Source of the DNA: Microbacterium sp.
GTDB lineage: Bacteria > Actinomycetota > Actinomycetes > Actinomycetales > Microbacteriaceae
DNA: 64,000 bases
NCBI RefSeq assembly: GCF_017306415.1
Contig: NZ_JAFKIL010000011.1
Direction: 5' to 3' (one strand)
A model generated the notes under the pieces. It was given only the letters and a program-made list of their open reading frames with translations. It was not told the origin of the DNA and did no database searches. Shown one piece after another: positions 36,755-45,420 of this stretch. The number at the start of each line of letters is the position of its first letter. Position 1 is the first letter of the stretch. The translations under genes and the position numbers were made by a program.

Positions 36755-37690
36755 GTGGCAGCGATCGGCGACGGAGACCTCGCAGGTCTCCGTCGCGGTC
36801 TGCTGGCCTTCTGCTACCAGATGCTCGGCTCCCCGTTCGAGGCGGAGGATGCCGTGCAGGACGCCCTCGAGCGGATCTGGCGATCGCGCGACACGTTCGA
36901 TCCGGAGCGCGCGTCGCTCGCCACGTGGGCGTACGCCATCGCGCGCAACACGTGCGTCGATCGTCTGCGGGCGACGCCCCGGCGCCCGTTGCCGCGCGAC
37001 CTCCAGGATCCGGGGATCGAGGTCGGCGCCCCCCTCGTCCCTGCTTTCGACGTCCCGTGGCTGATGCCCGCGCCGACGGGATGGCTCGGCCCCTCGCCCG
37101 TGGAGGAGCAGGCCGAGCGCCGCGTCGACGTGCGGCTCGCGGTGACGGCGATGCTGCAGTCGCTCGCACCCGCGCAGCGCGGAGCGTTCGTGCTGCGCGA
37201 CATCATCGGGCTCACCGCGGCGGAGACGGCGGCCGTGCTCGGCGTCTCGGTCGCGGCCGCGAACTCGGCGCTGCAGCGCGCCCGTGCCGCTCTCGGCACC
37301 CGGACCCGGCGGTCGGCCGCGCTCGCCCCGGAGGCGGTGGAGAAGTACGCCCGTGCGATCGAGCGGGCGGATGTCGCGGCCCTCGCGGCGCTCGTCGCCG
37401 ACGACGTCGTCTTCGAGATGCCGCCGGTGCCGCACTGGTCGCGGGACCGCGCGACGTACCGCGCGTTCATGGCCGACTTCTTCGCCCGCCGTGGCTCGCG
37501 GTGGGCGGCGACCGCCATCTCGGCGAACGGACAGCGTGGCATCCTGCTCCACCGTCTCGGCGACGACGGACCCGAGCCGCACACGCTCCAGCTCTTCGAC
37601 GGGGACGGCACGACCATCGATCACGTGCTCGTCTATCAGGACCCGCGGCTGTTCGCCCTGTTCGAGACGGGATCCCCCGTCCGGCGATGA
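36755..37690 (+). CDS. ECF sigma factor with C-terminal SnoaL-like extension (SigG-like)
   Basis: CYQMLGSPFEAEDAVQD, WAYAIARNTCVD, region 4 AETAAVLG..SVAAANSALQRAR, SnoaL-like tail. Confidence 0.88.
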   Translation: MAAIGDGDLAGLRRGLLAFCYQMLGSPFEAEDAVQDALERIWRSRDTFDPERASLATWAYAIARNTCVDRLRATPRRPLPRDLQDPGIEVGAPLVPAFDVPWLMPAPTGWLGPSPVEEQAERRVDVRLAVTAMLQSLAPAQRGAFVLRDIIGLTAAETAAVLGVSVAAANSALQRARAALGTRTRRSAALAPEAVEKYARAIERADVAALAALVADDVVFEMPPVPHWSRDRATYRAFMADFFARRGSRWAATAISANGQRGILLHRLGDDGPEPHTLQLFDGDGTTIDHVLVYQDPRLFALFETGSPVRR

Positions 37691-37744
37691 GTTCGCGGCA
37701 TCCCGTTCGTATCCCCTGGTGAGCCCCTGACACGAGGAGGACGA

Positions 37745-38308
37745 ATGGGATCGACGGACGACGCACGGGTGATCGTCGTGCAGTACATCACGCTGGACGG
37801 CGTGGTCGAGGATCCGGACGGCAGCGGCGGCACGCCGTTCGGCGGCTGGGCGATGCGCTACGGGCCCGAGGGCGTGGCGGGCGACAAGTTCCAGCTGGGC
37901 GAGCTCATGCGGACGGGTGTGCTGCTCTTCGGCCGGCGCACGTGGGACCACTTCGCGACGCTGTGGCCACCGCGCGAGACGGACTTCGCCCGGGCGATGA
38001 ACGCCGCCGACAAGGCCGTGGTCACGACGCGACCCCTCCCCGACGGGGCGTGGACGAACTCCCGCGCCGTCGCGGGGCCGCTCGCGGACTGGGTCCGCGA
38101 CGCAGACCGCACGCTCGTGGTGATCGGCAGCGGGACGATCGTCCGCGCGCTGCAGGAGGCCGACCTGATCGACGAGTACCGGCTCATCACCTTCCCGGCC
38201 GCGGTCGGTGACGGGCGCCGGCTGTTCCCCGCCGGGACGATGCTCGACCTGGACTCGTCGGAGCGGACGGGGCCGGGGAGCCTCACGGTGCACACCACGC
38301 GCCGCTGA
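37745..38308 (+). CDS. Dihydrofolate reductase/RibD C-terminal family protein
   Basis: QYITLDGVVEDP, LLFGRRTW, IGSGTIVRAL...DEYRLITFP..VGDGRRLF. Confidence 0.88.
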   Translation: MGSTDDARVIVVQYITLDGVVEDPDGSGGTPFGGWAMRYGPEGVAGDKFQLGELMRTGVLLFGRRTWDHFATLWPPRETDFARAMNAADKAVVTTRPLPDGAWTNSRAVAGPLADWVRDADRTLVVIGSGTIVRALQEADLIDEYRLITFPAAVGDGRRLFPAGTMLDLDSSERTGPGSLTVHTTRR

Positions 38309-38390
38309 CGGAGGGCGGAGACGACGGATGCCGCGGGGGCGACGTGCGCCCGCGGCATCCGTGTCACTCAGTGAAGACGGGCGATCCCGC

Positions 38391-38570
38391 TCACTTGTCG
38401 CCGGTGAGGGTGTCCTTGACGTCCTGGCCGGTCTTCTTGACGTCGGCCTTCAGCTGCTCGGCCTTGCCCTCGGCGACGAGCTTGTCGTTGTCGGTGACCT
38501 TGCCGACGGCCTCCTTGGCCTTGCCCGCGAGGTCCTGGGCGGTGTTCTTGATGTCGTCGGAGATTCCCAT
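38391..38570 (-). CDS. csbD: CsbD-family stress protein
   Basis: GKAKEAVGKVTDNDKLVAEGKAEQ motif, 59 aa, AAAGGGAAAG RBS. Confidence 0.85.
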   Translation of the reverse strand: MGISDDIKNTAQDLAGKAKEAVGKVTDNDKLVAEGKAEQLKADVKKTGQDVKDTLTGDK

Positions 38571-38656
38571 CGTTCTTTCCCTTTCGTTCTTCGGAGGTCC
38601 CTGCCGATATGCAGGGCGTCGGATGCGCCGTGGCCGGTGTTCTGCCAGGACGCGGG

Positions 38657-39181
38657 TCAGTGGGTGGTGCGGGGTTTGGCGAACCGCGTCCCCACGCCTC
38701 GGGTGATGTGCACGACGAGCGGCAGCTCCGTGCCGAGCGCCGTGTCGAGCGTCTCGACCGCACGGGCCAGTCGGCCGCGAAGCACCGGCAGGTCCGGATG
38801 ACGCCGGGTGCGGACCGTGAGCAGCACGAGACGCGAGCGGCGCCGCGCGAACGCACTCGCGTCGACGGACAGCACGTCCGGACTCGAGCCCAGTGCATCG
38901 CGGACCACCGCTGCGACCACGCTCGTGTCGATGTCGACGTCGTCGGTGCGCAGCGCGCTCGTGGAGCGGCCGCGGCCGCGGGTGAACGTCCAGGCCAGAG
39001 CGAGCGCGGCGACGAGCGTTGCGACGGCCGCCGTCGTCCACAGCGTCACGGGATCGGTGAGGTCGGGGAGCGCGACCCGCGCGAGGAGACCGGGGATGCC
39101 GATGACGGCGCCCACGCCGATCGCGGCGAGCCCGACCAGCAGGAGGAGCACGCGGTTGAGCGTGCGGGCGCTGCGGGTCAT
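38657..39181 (-). CDS. Membrane protein of the Asp23 cluster (AmaP-like)
   Basis: RTLNRVLLLLVGL two-TM N-terminus; coupled to neighbours. Confidence 0.65.
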   Translation of the reverse strand: MTRSARTLNRVLLLLVGLAAIGVGAVIGIPGLLARVALPDLTDPVTLWTTAAVATLVAALALAWTFTRGRGRSTSALRTDDVDIDTSVVAAVVRDALGSSPDVLSVDASAFARRRSRLVLLTVRTRRHPDLPVLRGRLARAVETLDTALGTELPLVVHITRGVGTRFAKPRTTH

Positions 39182-39738
39182 GCTGCCACCCCCGATCGTG
39201 CGATGACGACGGATGCTCGGGGTGCGGGACGGAGTCCGAGCCCGTCCACCGCGGCGGTGACGCTGTCGGAGGTCACGGCGGCGTCGGGTGGGAAGCCCGT
39301 CGTGGGACGGACGTGGGTGGTGCTGCGACGACGGGAGACCACGGTCCGGACCTGGTCCGAGCCGACGCGCGCCGCACGGGCCGCGACGCGGGAGATCCCG
39401 GAGGCGAGCACCTCGTCGTCGACGACGTACACGGCCCGCCCGTCGGGCAGCTCCCGCCGGGCGAGTCGCCCGGGCAGGAACGCGAGGACCACGGCCACGA
39501 GGCCGAGGACGGCGAGCACGGCTCCCACCGCGACGACGGCCGGCCCGCCGGCACGCACGATCTCGACCGTCCGAGCCGGCGCCCACAGGAGGGCGGGCCG
39601 GCCGAGGGCGGCGAGGACCGACTCGACGGCGACCCACACGGCGACGAGGGCGGTCGCCACGAGGGCGATCGACACCGCGACGCTGCGCGAGCGGTGCCGC
39701 AGGCGCCGGGCGGCGACGCGGAGCGGACGATCGATCAT
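39178..39738 (-). CDS. Membrane protein (DUF6286-like)
   Basis: ATGA overlaps; two TM segments then an Asp23-like cytoplasmic region. Confidence 0.6.
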   Translation of the reverse strand: MIDRPLRVAARRLRHRSRSVAVSIALVATALVAVWVAVESVLAALGRPALLWAPARTVEIVRAGGPAVVAVGAVLAVLGLVAVVLAFLPGRLARRELPDGRAVYVVDDEVLASGISRVAARAARVGSDQVRTVVSRRRSTTHVRPTTGFPPDAAVTSDSVTAAVDGLGLRPAPRASVVIARSGVAA

Positions 39739-40079
39739 GAGACCCTCCGAGGTTTCGCGGCGGCCCCGCGGGCCGCGGTGACGTGGATGAGGACGGAGCC
39801 GATGGCGGCACCCGTGAGGCGGGCGCCGTCCTCGGCGACGCGACGGCGGGCGGCGTCGACGCGCGTGAGCAGCGCGCCGTCCTCCGGTCGCATCGAGGCG
39901 GGGGCGGTGATGCGGGCCCGGACGCGGCCGACCTCGTCGCTCAGCGCGACGCGGGTCGCGCGCGCCGTGGCGCCGAGCTCCTCGGCCGCGAGCGCGGCGA
40001 ACACGCGCTGCTGGGCGCGGGTCGTCACGACGACCCGGCCCGGCAGCGGCGCGCCGGCCGCGGCATCCGCGGTGGTCAT
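39735..40079 (-). CDS. Hypothetical protein, Asp23-like fold
   Basis: PGRVVVTTRA...; 4-nt overlaps on both sides. Confidence 0.6.
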   Translation of the reverse strand: MTTADAAAGAPLPGRVVVTTRAQQRVFAALAAEELGATARATRVALSDEVGRVRARITAPASMRPEDGALLTRVDAARRRVAEDGARLTGAAIGSVLIHVTAARGAAAKPRRVS

Positions 40080-40264
40080 GCCGACCGCCGTCCGCGCGCG
40101 GCATCCGTCACGGCGCGCAGGTCGAGCCGACCCGACCACACCGCACCGGCGAACGCGCCGAGCAGGCCCAGCACGGCGACCAGCAGGAAGCCCCAGAAGC
40201 CGAACGCCAGGGCGGCGAACGCCAGGACGACACCCGTGGCGCCGCCGATCGCGACGGCGCTCAT
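40076..40264 (-). CDS. Small membrane protein (DUF2273-like)
   Basis: 62 aa, hydrophobic, FGFWGFLLVAVLG. Confidence 0.7.
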   Translation of the reverse strand: MSAVAIGGATGVVLAFAALAFGFWGFLLVAVLGLLGAFAGAVWSGRLDLRAVTDAARGRRSA

Positions 40265-40671
40265 CGGACGGTCGGCTCGTCGGTGTCGTCGTCGCCGGGG
40301 ACGAAGACGTCGACCACGGTGACGTCGATGCGGGCGACCTGCATGCCCACGAGCTCGGTGATGGCCTGGGCGACGGCGAAACGGACCTCGTCGGCGACCC
40401 GCTGCAGCGGCTCGGGGTAGTCGACGACGATCGAGAGCTCGGCCGCGACCTCGGTCTCACCGACCTCGACCTGCACGCCCTGCGCGAGGTCCTTCGCGCC
40501 GACGGCCTCCCGGATGCTGCCGAGCACGCGGGCCGCGCCGCCGCCGAGGGCGTGGACGCCGGGCACCTCTCGGGCCGCCATTCCGGCGACCTTGGCGACC
40601 ACCGAGTCGACGATGACGGTCTTGCCGTTCGAGGTCTCGGTCGTGACGGGGGTGTTGGCGGCTTGTGCCAT
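40261..40671 (-). CDS. Asp23/Gls24-family envelope stress protein
   Basis: GKTVIVDSVVAKVAGMAAREVPGVH...GVQVEVGETEVA...VDVTVVDV. Confidence 0.9.
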   Translation of the reverse strand: MAQAANTPVTTETSNGKTVIVDSVVAKVAGMAAREVPGVHALGGGAARVLGSIREAVGAKDLAQGVQVEVGETEVAAELSIVVDYPEPLQRVADEVRFAVAQAITELVGMQVARIDVTVVDVFVPGDDDTDEPTVR

Positions 40672-40794
40672 TTTCGTTCTCCTTTGTCGGGCCCCGGCGG
40701 GCTGGTGGCCTGCCGTAGGGTGGTTCGACACGTAGACGCATGTCGGATGGGATTCGTCACGTCCGTTTCCTGGCAGAACGCTGAGAGGTCTTCG

Positions 40795-41337
40795 ATGACG
40801 CTGGCCGAGGCATCCGACGGGATCCTCGCGCAGCGCGCCGCCGACGGGGATGCCGTGGCCTTCGGGGTTCTCGTGCGGCGGCACGGCCCGTTCTTCGTGG
40901 CGTTCGCGACGCGGCTCACGGGCTCGCGTGCGGATGCCGACGACGCCGTGCAGGAGGCGCTGATCACGGCGTGGGACAAGCTCGACGAGCTGACCGAGCC
41001 CGAGAGCGTTCGGGCGTGGATGCTGCGGATCGTGTCGCGCAAGGCCACCGACCGCCTGCGCAGCCGGCGTCCGGTCGCCGACATCGACGAGCTGGAACTG
41101 CCGGCGACGGTCGACGGCCCGGAGTCGCAGACCGTTGCCCATTCGCAGCTGGAGGCTCTCCGCGGCGCCCTCGCGACGCTGCCGGAAGAGGTGCGCACGG
41201 CCTGGCTGCTGCGCGAGGTCGGCGGGTACAGCTACGACGAGATCGCAGAGCAGACCGGAGTGCCCGCGGCGACCGTGCGCGGTCGGCTCGCGCGCGCCCG
41301 GCGTGCGCTGCTGGACTTGATGGAGGAGTGGAGGTGA
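40795..41337 (+). CDS. ECF sigma factor
   Basis: SDGILAQRAADGDAVAFG, ADDAVQEALITAW, SYDEIAEQ...TVRGRLARAR; alternative ATG at 40747. Confidence 0.9.
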   Translation: MTLAEASDGILAQRAADGDAVAFGVLVRRHGPFFVAFATRLTGSRADADDAVQEALITAWDKLDELTEPESVRAWMLRIVSRKATDRLRSRRPVADIDELELPATVDGPESQTVAHSQLEALRGALATLPEEVRTAWLLREVGGYSYDEIAEQTGVPAATVRGRLARARRALLDLMEEWR

Positions 41338-41915
41338 GCATCATGGACGACGACGGAATCGGCGGCTCGGGCTATACGCTCGACGACCTCTCGGATTACC
41401 TCGATCGCGGGCGCATGCCGGCGATCCCCGAGATCGACGCCAACCCGGAATGCCAGGCGGTGCTGGACTCGCTGGCCCGGATGAGTGCGGTGTCGAAGGA
41501 ACTCGTCGATGCCGAGGCCGCGGAGGTCGAGGCATCCTGGTTCGACGCCGTCATGCGCGAGGTCACCCGCGAGGTGCGGGCGGGCCGCGACATCCCCCTC
41601 GCGGACGACGAAGGCGCACGCCTCGTCATCACGGAGGGCGCCATCCGCGCCATGGTGCGCGAGACGGGCGACGCGCTCCCCGGCGTGATCGTCGAACGGA
41701 CCCGCATCGTCGGCGACCTCGACGACGCCGAGGAGGGCGTCCGGGTGGAGGTCGCGATCAGCGTCGCCTACGGGCAGCGCATGCAGCGCGCCGCCGACCA
41801 CATGCGCCGCGCGACGGCGGATGCCCTCGCGACGCACACGCCGCTGCGGATCGCGTCGATCGACGTCACGGTCGACTCCCTCCACTCGTTCGACGCCGAA
41901 GGGGGCGAGCGATGA
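41334..41915 (+). CDS. Putative anti-sigma-like/Asp23-like protein
   Basis: GTGA overlap with the sigma stop; LDDLSDYLD...CQAVLDSL N-terminus and Asp23-like C-terminus. Confidence 0.65.
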   Translation: MSIMDDDGIGGSGYTLDDLSDYLDRGRMPAIPEIDANPECQAVLDSLARMSAVSKELVDAEAAEVEASWFDAVMREVTREVRAGRDIPLADDEGARLVITEGAIRAMVRETGDALPGVIVERTRIVGDLDDAEEGVRVEVAISVAYGQRMQRAADHMRRATADALATHTPLRIASIDVTVDSLHSFDAEGGER

Positions 41916-42247
41916 GCGACCTGGAACCGCTCGCCCGCCGGGTGGACGACGCCCTCCGCGCCGTGGACGGCGTCGTCGACGTATACGCCGCCCGTCCGCT
42001 CGCCGCGCGCGTGCTGCGTACCACTCTGGACGCCGACGCCCCGCTCTCCGCCGTCACGGAGAACACCGACGGACTGACCGTCGAGGTGAGCATCGGCGTG
42101 ACGGATGCCTCGCCCTCGGTCGACACGGCCCGCCGCGCCGCAATCGCGGTGGGCGAAGCGCTGGGCGGCACCCCCGCTTCGCTCACGGTCCGGGTGTCGC
42201 GCGTGGTCCGGGACGCCGGGGCCGTGGGTGCGGGGGGCGTGGCCTAG
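41912..42247 (+). CDS. Hypothetical protein (Asp23 cluster)
   Basis: ATGA overlap; DALRAVDGVVDVY...VRVSRV. Confidence 0.65.
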   Translation: MSDLEPLARRVDDALRAVDGVVDVYAARPLAARVLRTTLDADAPLSAVTENTDGLTVEVSIGVTDASPSVDTARRAAIAVGEALGGTPASLTVRVSRVVRDAGAVGAGGVA

Positions 42248-42438
42248 GTTCGGGTCAACTCCCCCAGCCCGTCATCGTCACACGCGCGGCCGGGTCGCTC
42301 GCGGAGCGCACGCTACCCGACGCGTCCGGGGGCTGGCGCGCCGCGCTGTCGAAACCTGCACATGCGGTCGATCCTTTCAGCCGCGGATGCAGCATTCGAC
42401 CGCGCGAGTCCGTCAGCGAAGCGTGAAGGGGAACTTGG

Positions 42439-43026
42439 TCACTCGATGCCCACTCGGCCCACACGAGTGCCGGGAGGAAGGCCGCGCGTCTTGACCCGAA
42501 GCTGTCCGAAGACGGTCCAGTAGACGGACAGGTCGGTCAACTCAAGGTTCGAGACATCATCGACCCCTCCGAGAAAGAGAGGTCTCCGATAGCCAACGCA
42601 TTCGTGGAAACCAGGCTCACCACCACCAGCACCGAGCCACGCCGAGAAGAACGATTCGCCGAGGGCCGCATCGGTGTATTGCACAATCTCCTCGTCAAAG
42701 AAGCCCTCAAGGTCTGCGGGGATCTCCAGCACCTGACCAGTGCCGATCTCGAACATCTGGACAATGTCGCGTGTATCACGCAGATCGACGGAGAACTGGC
42801 GACCAGCCCAATCGAAGGCAAAGCAGGAAACGCGCCCCGCATACTCCGGGTAGGCCGCTTGAACAAGCTCCGCTGCCGCAGTTGCGGACTCGATCGTGTG
42901 AACCCGAAGGAGGCCACCTCCGATCGTCAAACCCCCTGCGCTCTCGAAGAGATCGGGTAACGAGCCGACGTCGATCTTCCGAACGGATTCGTCCGCACCA
43001 ACCCGCTTCAGAAGATCGTCAAACAT
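42439..43026 (-). CDS. Tdi1-like immunity protein (GAD-like + DUF1851)
   Basis: GGLLRVH, FAFDWAGRQF, CVGYRRPLFLGGVDDVSNLELTDLSVYW motifs. Confidence 0.8.
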   Translation of the reverse strand: MFDDLLKRVGADESVRKIDVGSLPDLFESAGGLTIGGGLLRVHTIESATAAAELVQAAYPEYAGRVSCFAFDWAGRQFSVDLRDTRDIVQMFEIGTGQVLEIPADLEGFFDEEIVQYTDAALGESFFSAWLGAGGGEPGFHECVGYRRPLFLGGVDDVSNLELTDLSVYWTVFGQLRVKTRGLPPGTRVGRVGIE

Positions 43027-43075
43027 GTTGCCTCCGCAACCTCGATGATCACATCCCCGACGATCGGAGACCGTC

Positions 43076-43339
43076 TCACGCTCGCGGCGGCTCAGACTCA
43101 GACCTTCGGTCGGCGAGCAACGTGAGGAGCATTCCTCGAGGCGGCGCATCGAGAATGTAGGGATCGGACATCAGACTTTGATGCCGTTCAGCACTCATCC
43201 AATCGGGACGGCTTCCGACGACCGTCAACTCGGGGTACTGACGCGTGATCGCCTCACTCGCATCTGCCAGGAATACACCCCAGAGTCCGCCCGTGCCGTA
43301 GTCGTATGCAACGAGGAACGGACGGAGGTCGGTGGTCAT
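43076..43339 (-). CDS. Small putative immunity protein
   Basis: FLVAYDYGTGGLWG...YPELTVV..RPDWM; position inside the array. Confidence 0.6.
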   Translation of the reverse strand: MTTDLRPFLVAYDYGTGGLWGVFLADASEAITRQYPELTVVGSRPDWMSAERHQSLMSDPYILDAPPRGMLLTLLADRRSESEPPRA

Positions 43340-43592
43340 CTGAACAACCTAAACTCAATTCCCGAAACATCAATCGTGCGGTCGATTGTTCGTTCTGTAC
43401 CGCCACGTCAACCTGTGGAAGTGGCAACCTACTTGCGCTGGCTGGCTTTACGGGGTCGGTGAGACTTCAACCTGGACAGCTTCGCCCAGGGCGCTCGAAT
43501 CTCCGCCCAGAGCGCTGCGTGATCATCCTCTGCGTCGAGGCTGATTGCGACGTAGGCTTCGTCGCTCTCGCTGCACTCCCCGATCAGATCGA

Positions 43593-44036
43593 TCAGCGAG
43601 GTCGCTTGTTGTAGCCCGTCGGCACTTGCTTGCTTTCGTAATACTCCAGAAAGAGGTTCACCGCGTCGGCAGCCGTAAGTAACTCGTTCTTCAGCACAGG
43701 AACCTCGAACCGGTCCCATGCCACCGTTTCCCAGCCCGACTCAGCCGGGGTCGAGCGCCCGATGACTTGCTGAATCGACACACCGTTCACTACCTCACGG
43801 ATCTCGACCGTGAGGCGATCGGACCTCCCCGCCGTCTGGATGTATTCGTCAGGAAAGTCTGCCGGGACCTGGTCGACATCTTTCCCGGGCGGCAATGCCC
43901 ATAGCGAGACGGCATACCACTCACTACCCTCGAGCCGATTGATCGCCCGACGAATCTCTTCGGGAACGGGCCAGAACGCTCCGTTGAGGGGGCCGCTGAA
44001 CTGACCGTTATAGGTCACTGCGTGGGTCGCCTTCAT
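43593..44036 (-). CDS. Putative immunity protein (paralog of 44436-44888)
   Basis: Starts 2 nt after the REase toxin-tip stop; shares WALPPGK, EYIQTAG, EVPVL and RPR with the paralog. Confidence 0.75.
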   Translation of the reverse strand: MKATHAVTYNGQFSGPLNGAFWPVPEEIRRAINRLEGSEWYAVSLWALPPGKDVDQVPADFPDEYIQTAGRSDRLTVEIREVVNGVSIQQVIGRSTPAESGWETVAWDRFEVPVLKNELLTAADAVNLFLEYYESKQVPTGYNKRPR

Positions 44037-44038
44037 AC

Positions 44039-44347
44039 TCAGTAAACCCTCTGAAGGTAGGTGGAGGTGATCTGAATTGGCTTCCCTTCGAGCATCGCGG
44101 TCGCGGGCACACCAGAACCGACTGCATCGTCGAAGGCTCGCTGCGAACCGCTCCGACTCGCGTTGCCGCTCTTCACTTCAATCCCCTCCCAGGTGCCATC
44201 GCTCTTCAGTGCCAGCCCGTCATAGTAGCGCTGGGACCCATCCGGAAGTGTGGCGCGCGTTTGGCTTGATTCGAATTGCACGTCAACGAACTCGTGAGGC
44301 TCTCGCTCATCTTCCTCAGTCCGCTGATCGAACCGCACACCGCTCAT
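44039..44347 (-). CDS. Orphan toxin tip, PD-(D/E)xK restriction-endonuclease fold
   Basis: RYYDGL...GIEVKSG...Q..FD catalytic pattern; no delivery domain. Confidence 0.7.
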   Translation of the reverse strand: MSGVRFDQRTEEDEREPHEFVDVQFESSQTRATLPDGSQRYYDGLALKSDGTWEGIEVKSGNASRSGSQRAFDDAVGSGVPATAMLEGKPIQITSTYLQRVY

Positions 44348-44435
44348 CGTTCCGGAAAGGAGACGGAATCCAGCTGGGTGCGATTGAATACGACACCTTC
44401 AGGTCCCGTCGCGGTCTGGCGGAGGTACGCGAGAT

Positions 44436-44888
44436 TTACCGGGGACGCCTGACGTATCCGCTAGGAAGCGGTGCGCCGGCGTGGTACGCCGAAAAGAGGA
44501 TGAAGGCGTCTTCCGCAGTCAAGACCTCATTTCCCAACACGGGAACTTCATGGTCAGACCACCTGACACTCGCCCAGTCCGTCGCAGCCAAAGCCGAAGA
44601 GGCTTGACGGCCGATCACATACTGGACGGGGACACCGTCAACCAGCTCGCGGATCTCCATAGTCAGCCGATCTGCACTCCCCGCCGTCTGAATGTACTCA
44701 ACCGGGAAATCATAAGGAACCTGGTCCAAAGCCTTTCCCGGAGGCAAGGCCCAACGTGAAGTCGCGTACCAACGTTCCGCGTCGAGCCGGAACACAGCTC
44801 TACGAAGCTCCTCAACGATCGGCGTGATCGAATCCTTGAGCTCGCGACTGTACCCACCGTTGAATGTCATCGCGTGCGTTGCAATCAT
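44436..44888 (-). CDS. Putative immunity protein (paralog of 43593-44036)
   Basis: Colinear similarity over the full length to the 43593-44036 protein. Confidence 0.75.
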   Translation of the reverse strand: MIATHAMTFNGGYSRELKDSITPIVEELRRAVFRLDAERWYATSRWALPPGKALDQVPYDFPVEYIQTAGSADRLTMEIRELVDGVPVQYVIGRQASSALAATDWASVRWSDHEVPVLGNEVLTAEDAFILFSAYHAGAPLPSGYVRRPR

Positions 44889-44960
44889 GGCACACGCTGC
44901 AGAACCGTCGACGTGATGTTGATCACCTGTACATTGCAGAATTCCGCGGGGATTGAATCA
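44885..44960 (-). pseudogene. Eroded remnant of a second REase toxin C-terminus
   Basis: Translates ...INITSTVLQRVP*, matching ...IQITSTYLQRVY* of 44039-44347; its TGA overlaps the immunity ATG. Confidence 0.6.
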
Positions 44961-45027
44961 GGTACGCATTGCACGCCTTGCCGACCGCGCGGGTGCCTGC
45001 GGACGTCTCTGCGCGATCACACCGGCT

Positions 45028-45420
45028 CTAGGACGGGAGCACCTCCCGACCGTCTGAACGGGTGCCGGAGTCTGTCCTCACCTCCAGCACAGCAATCAAC
45101 TCGTCCAGGCGACTGGAGAGTGCGACCAAGAACTGACCACCGGCCGCCGTAAACGCGAATGTCCAAATCGACGTGCCTGAGTGCGAGCGCAGTTGCTGGA
45201 CGGCGTCCCTCCATCCCGGGACTCGAAGTCCACGCTCTTCCGCAAATCCATATTTCAACGATGCGGTTTCAGCTAGACGATCGGGCGAAGTCACCGCGAG
45301 AGATATCAGCCCGTCGGGAACCTCCGCGAGCGCCAGCTTGAGACCCGCGACGTCACCAACATCGTTGCTGGATTTTGAGGTCAAGACGTCGACCGTGGAC
45401 TTCAAGATCGACGATGTCAA
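45028..45420 (-). CDS. Probable cognate immunity protein of the Rhs ART tip
   Basis: TTG start overlapping the toxin stop (TTGA); 130 aa. Confidence 0.65.
   Translation of the reverse strand: MTSSILKSTVDVLTSKSSNDVGDVAGLKLALAEVPDGLISLAVTSPDRLAETASLKYGFAEERGLRVPGWRDAVQQLRSHSGTSIWTFAFTAAGGQFLVALSSRLDELIAVLEVRTDSGTRSDGREVLPS

Noticed and set aside
42250-42440. tRNA/att site or integrase bounding the toxin island
   Set aside because: No tRNA fold, integrase or terminal direct repeat seen
43429-43719. 96-aa ORF as an intact immunity gene
   Set aside because: Overlaps the 43593 gene, has no good start or motif; at most a fragment
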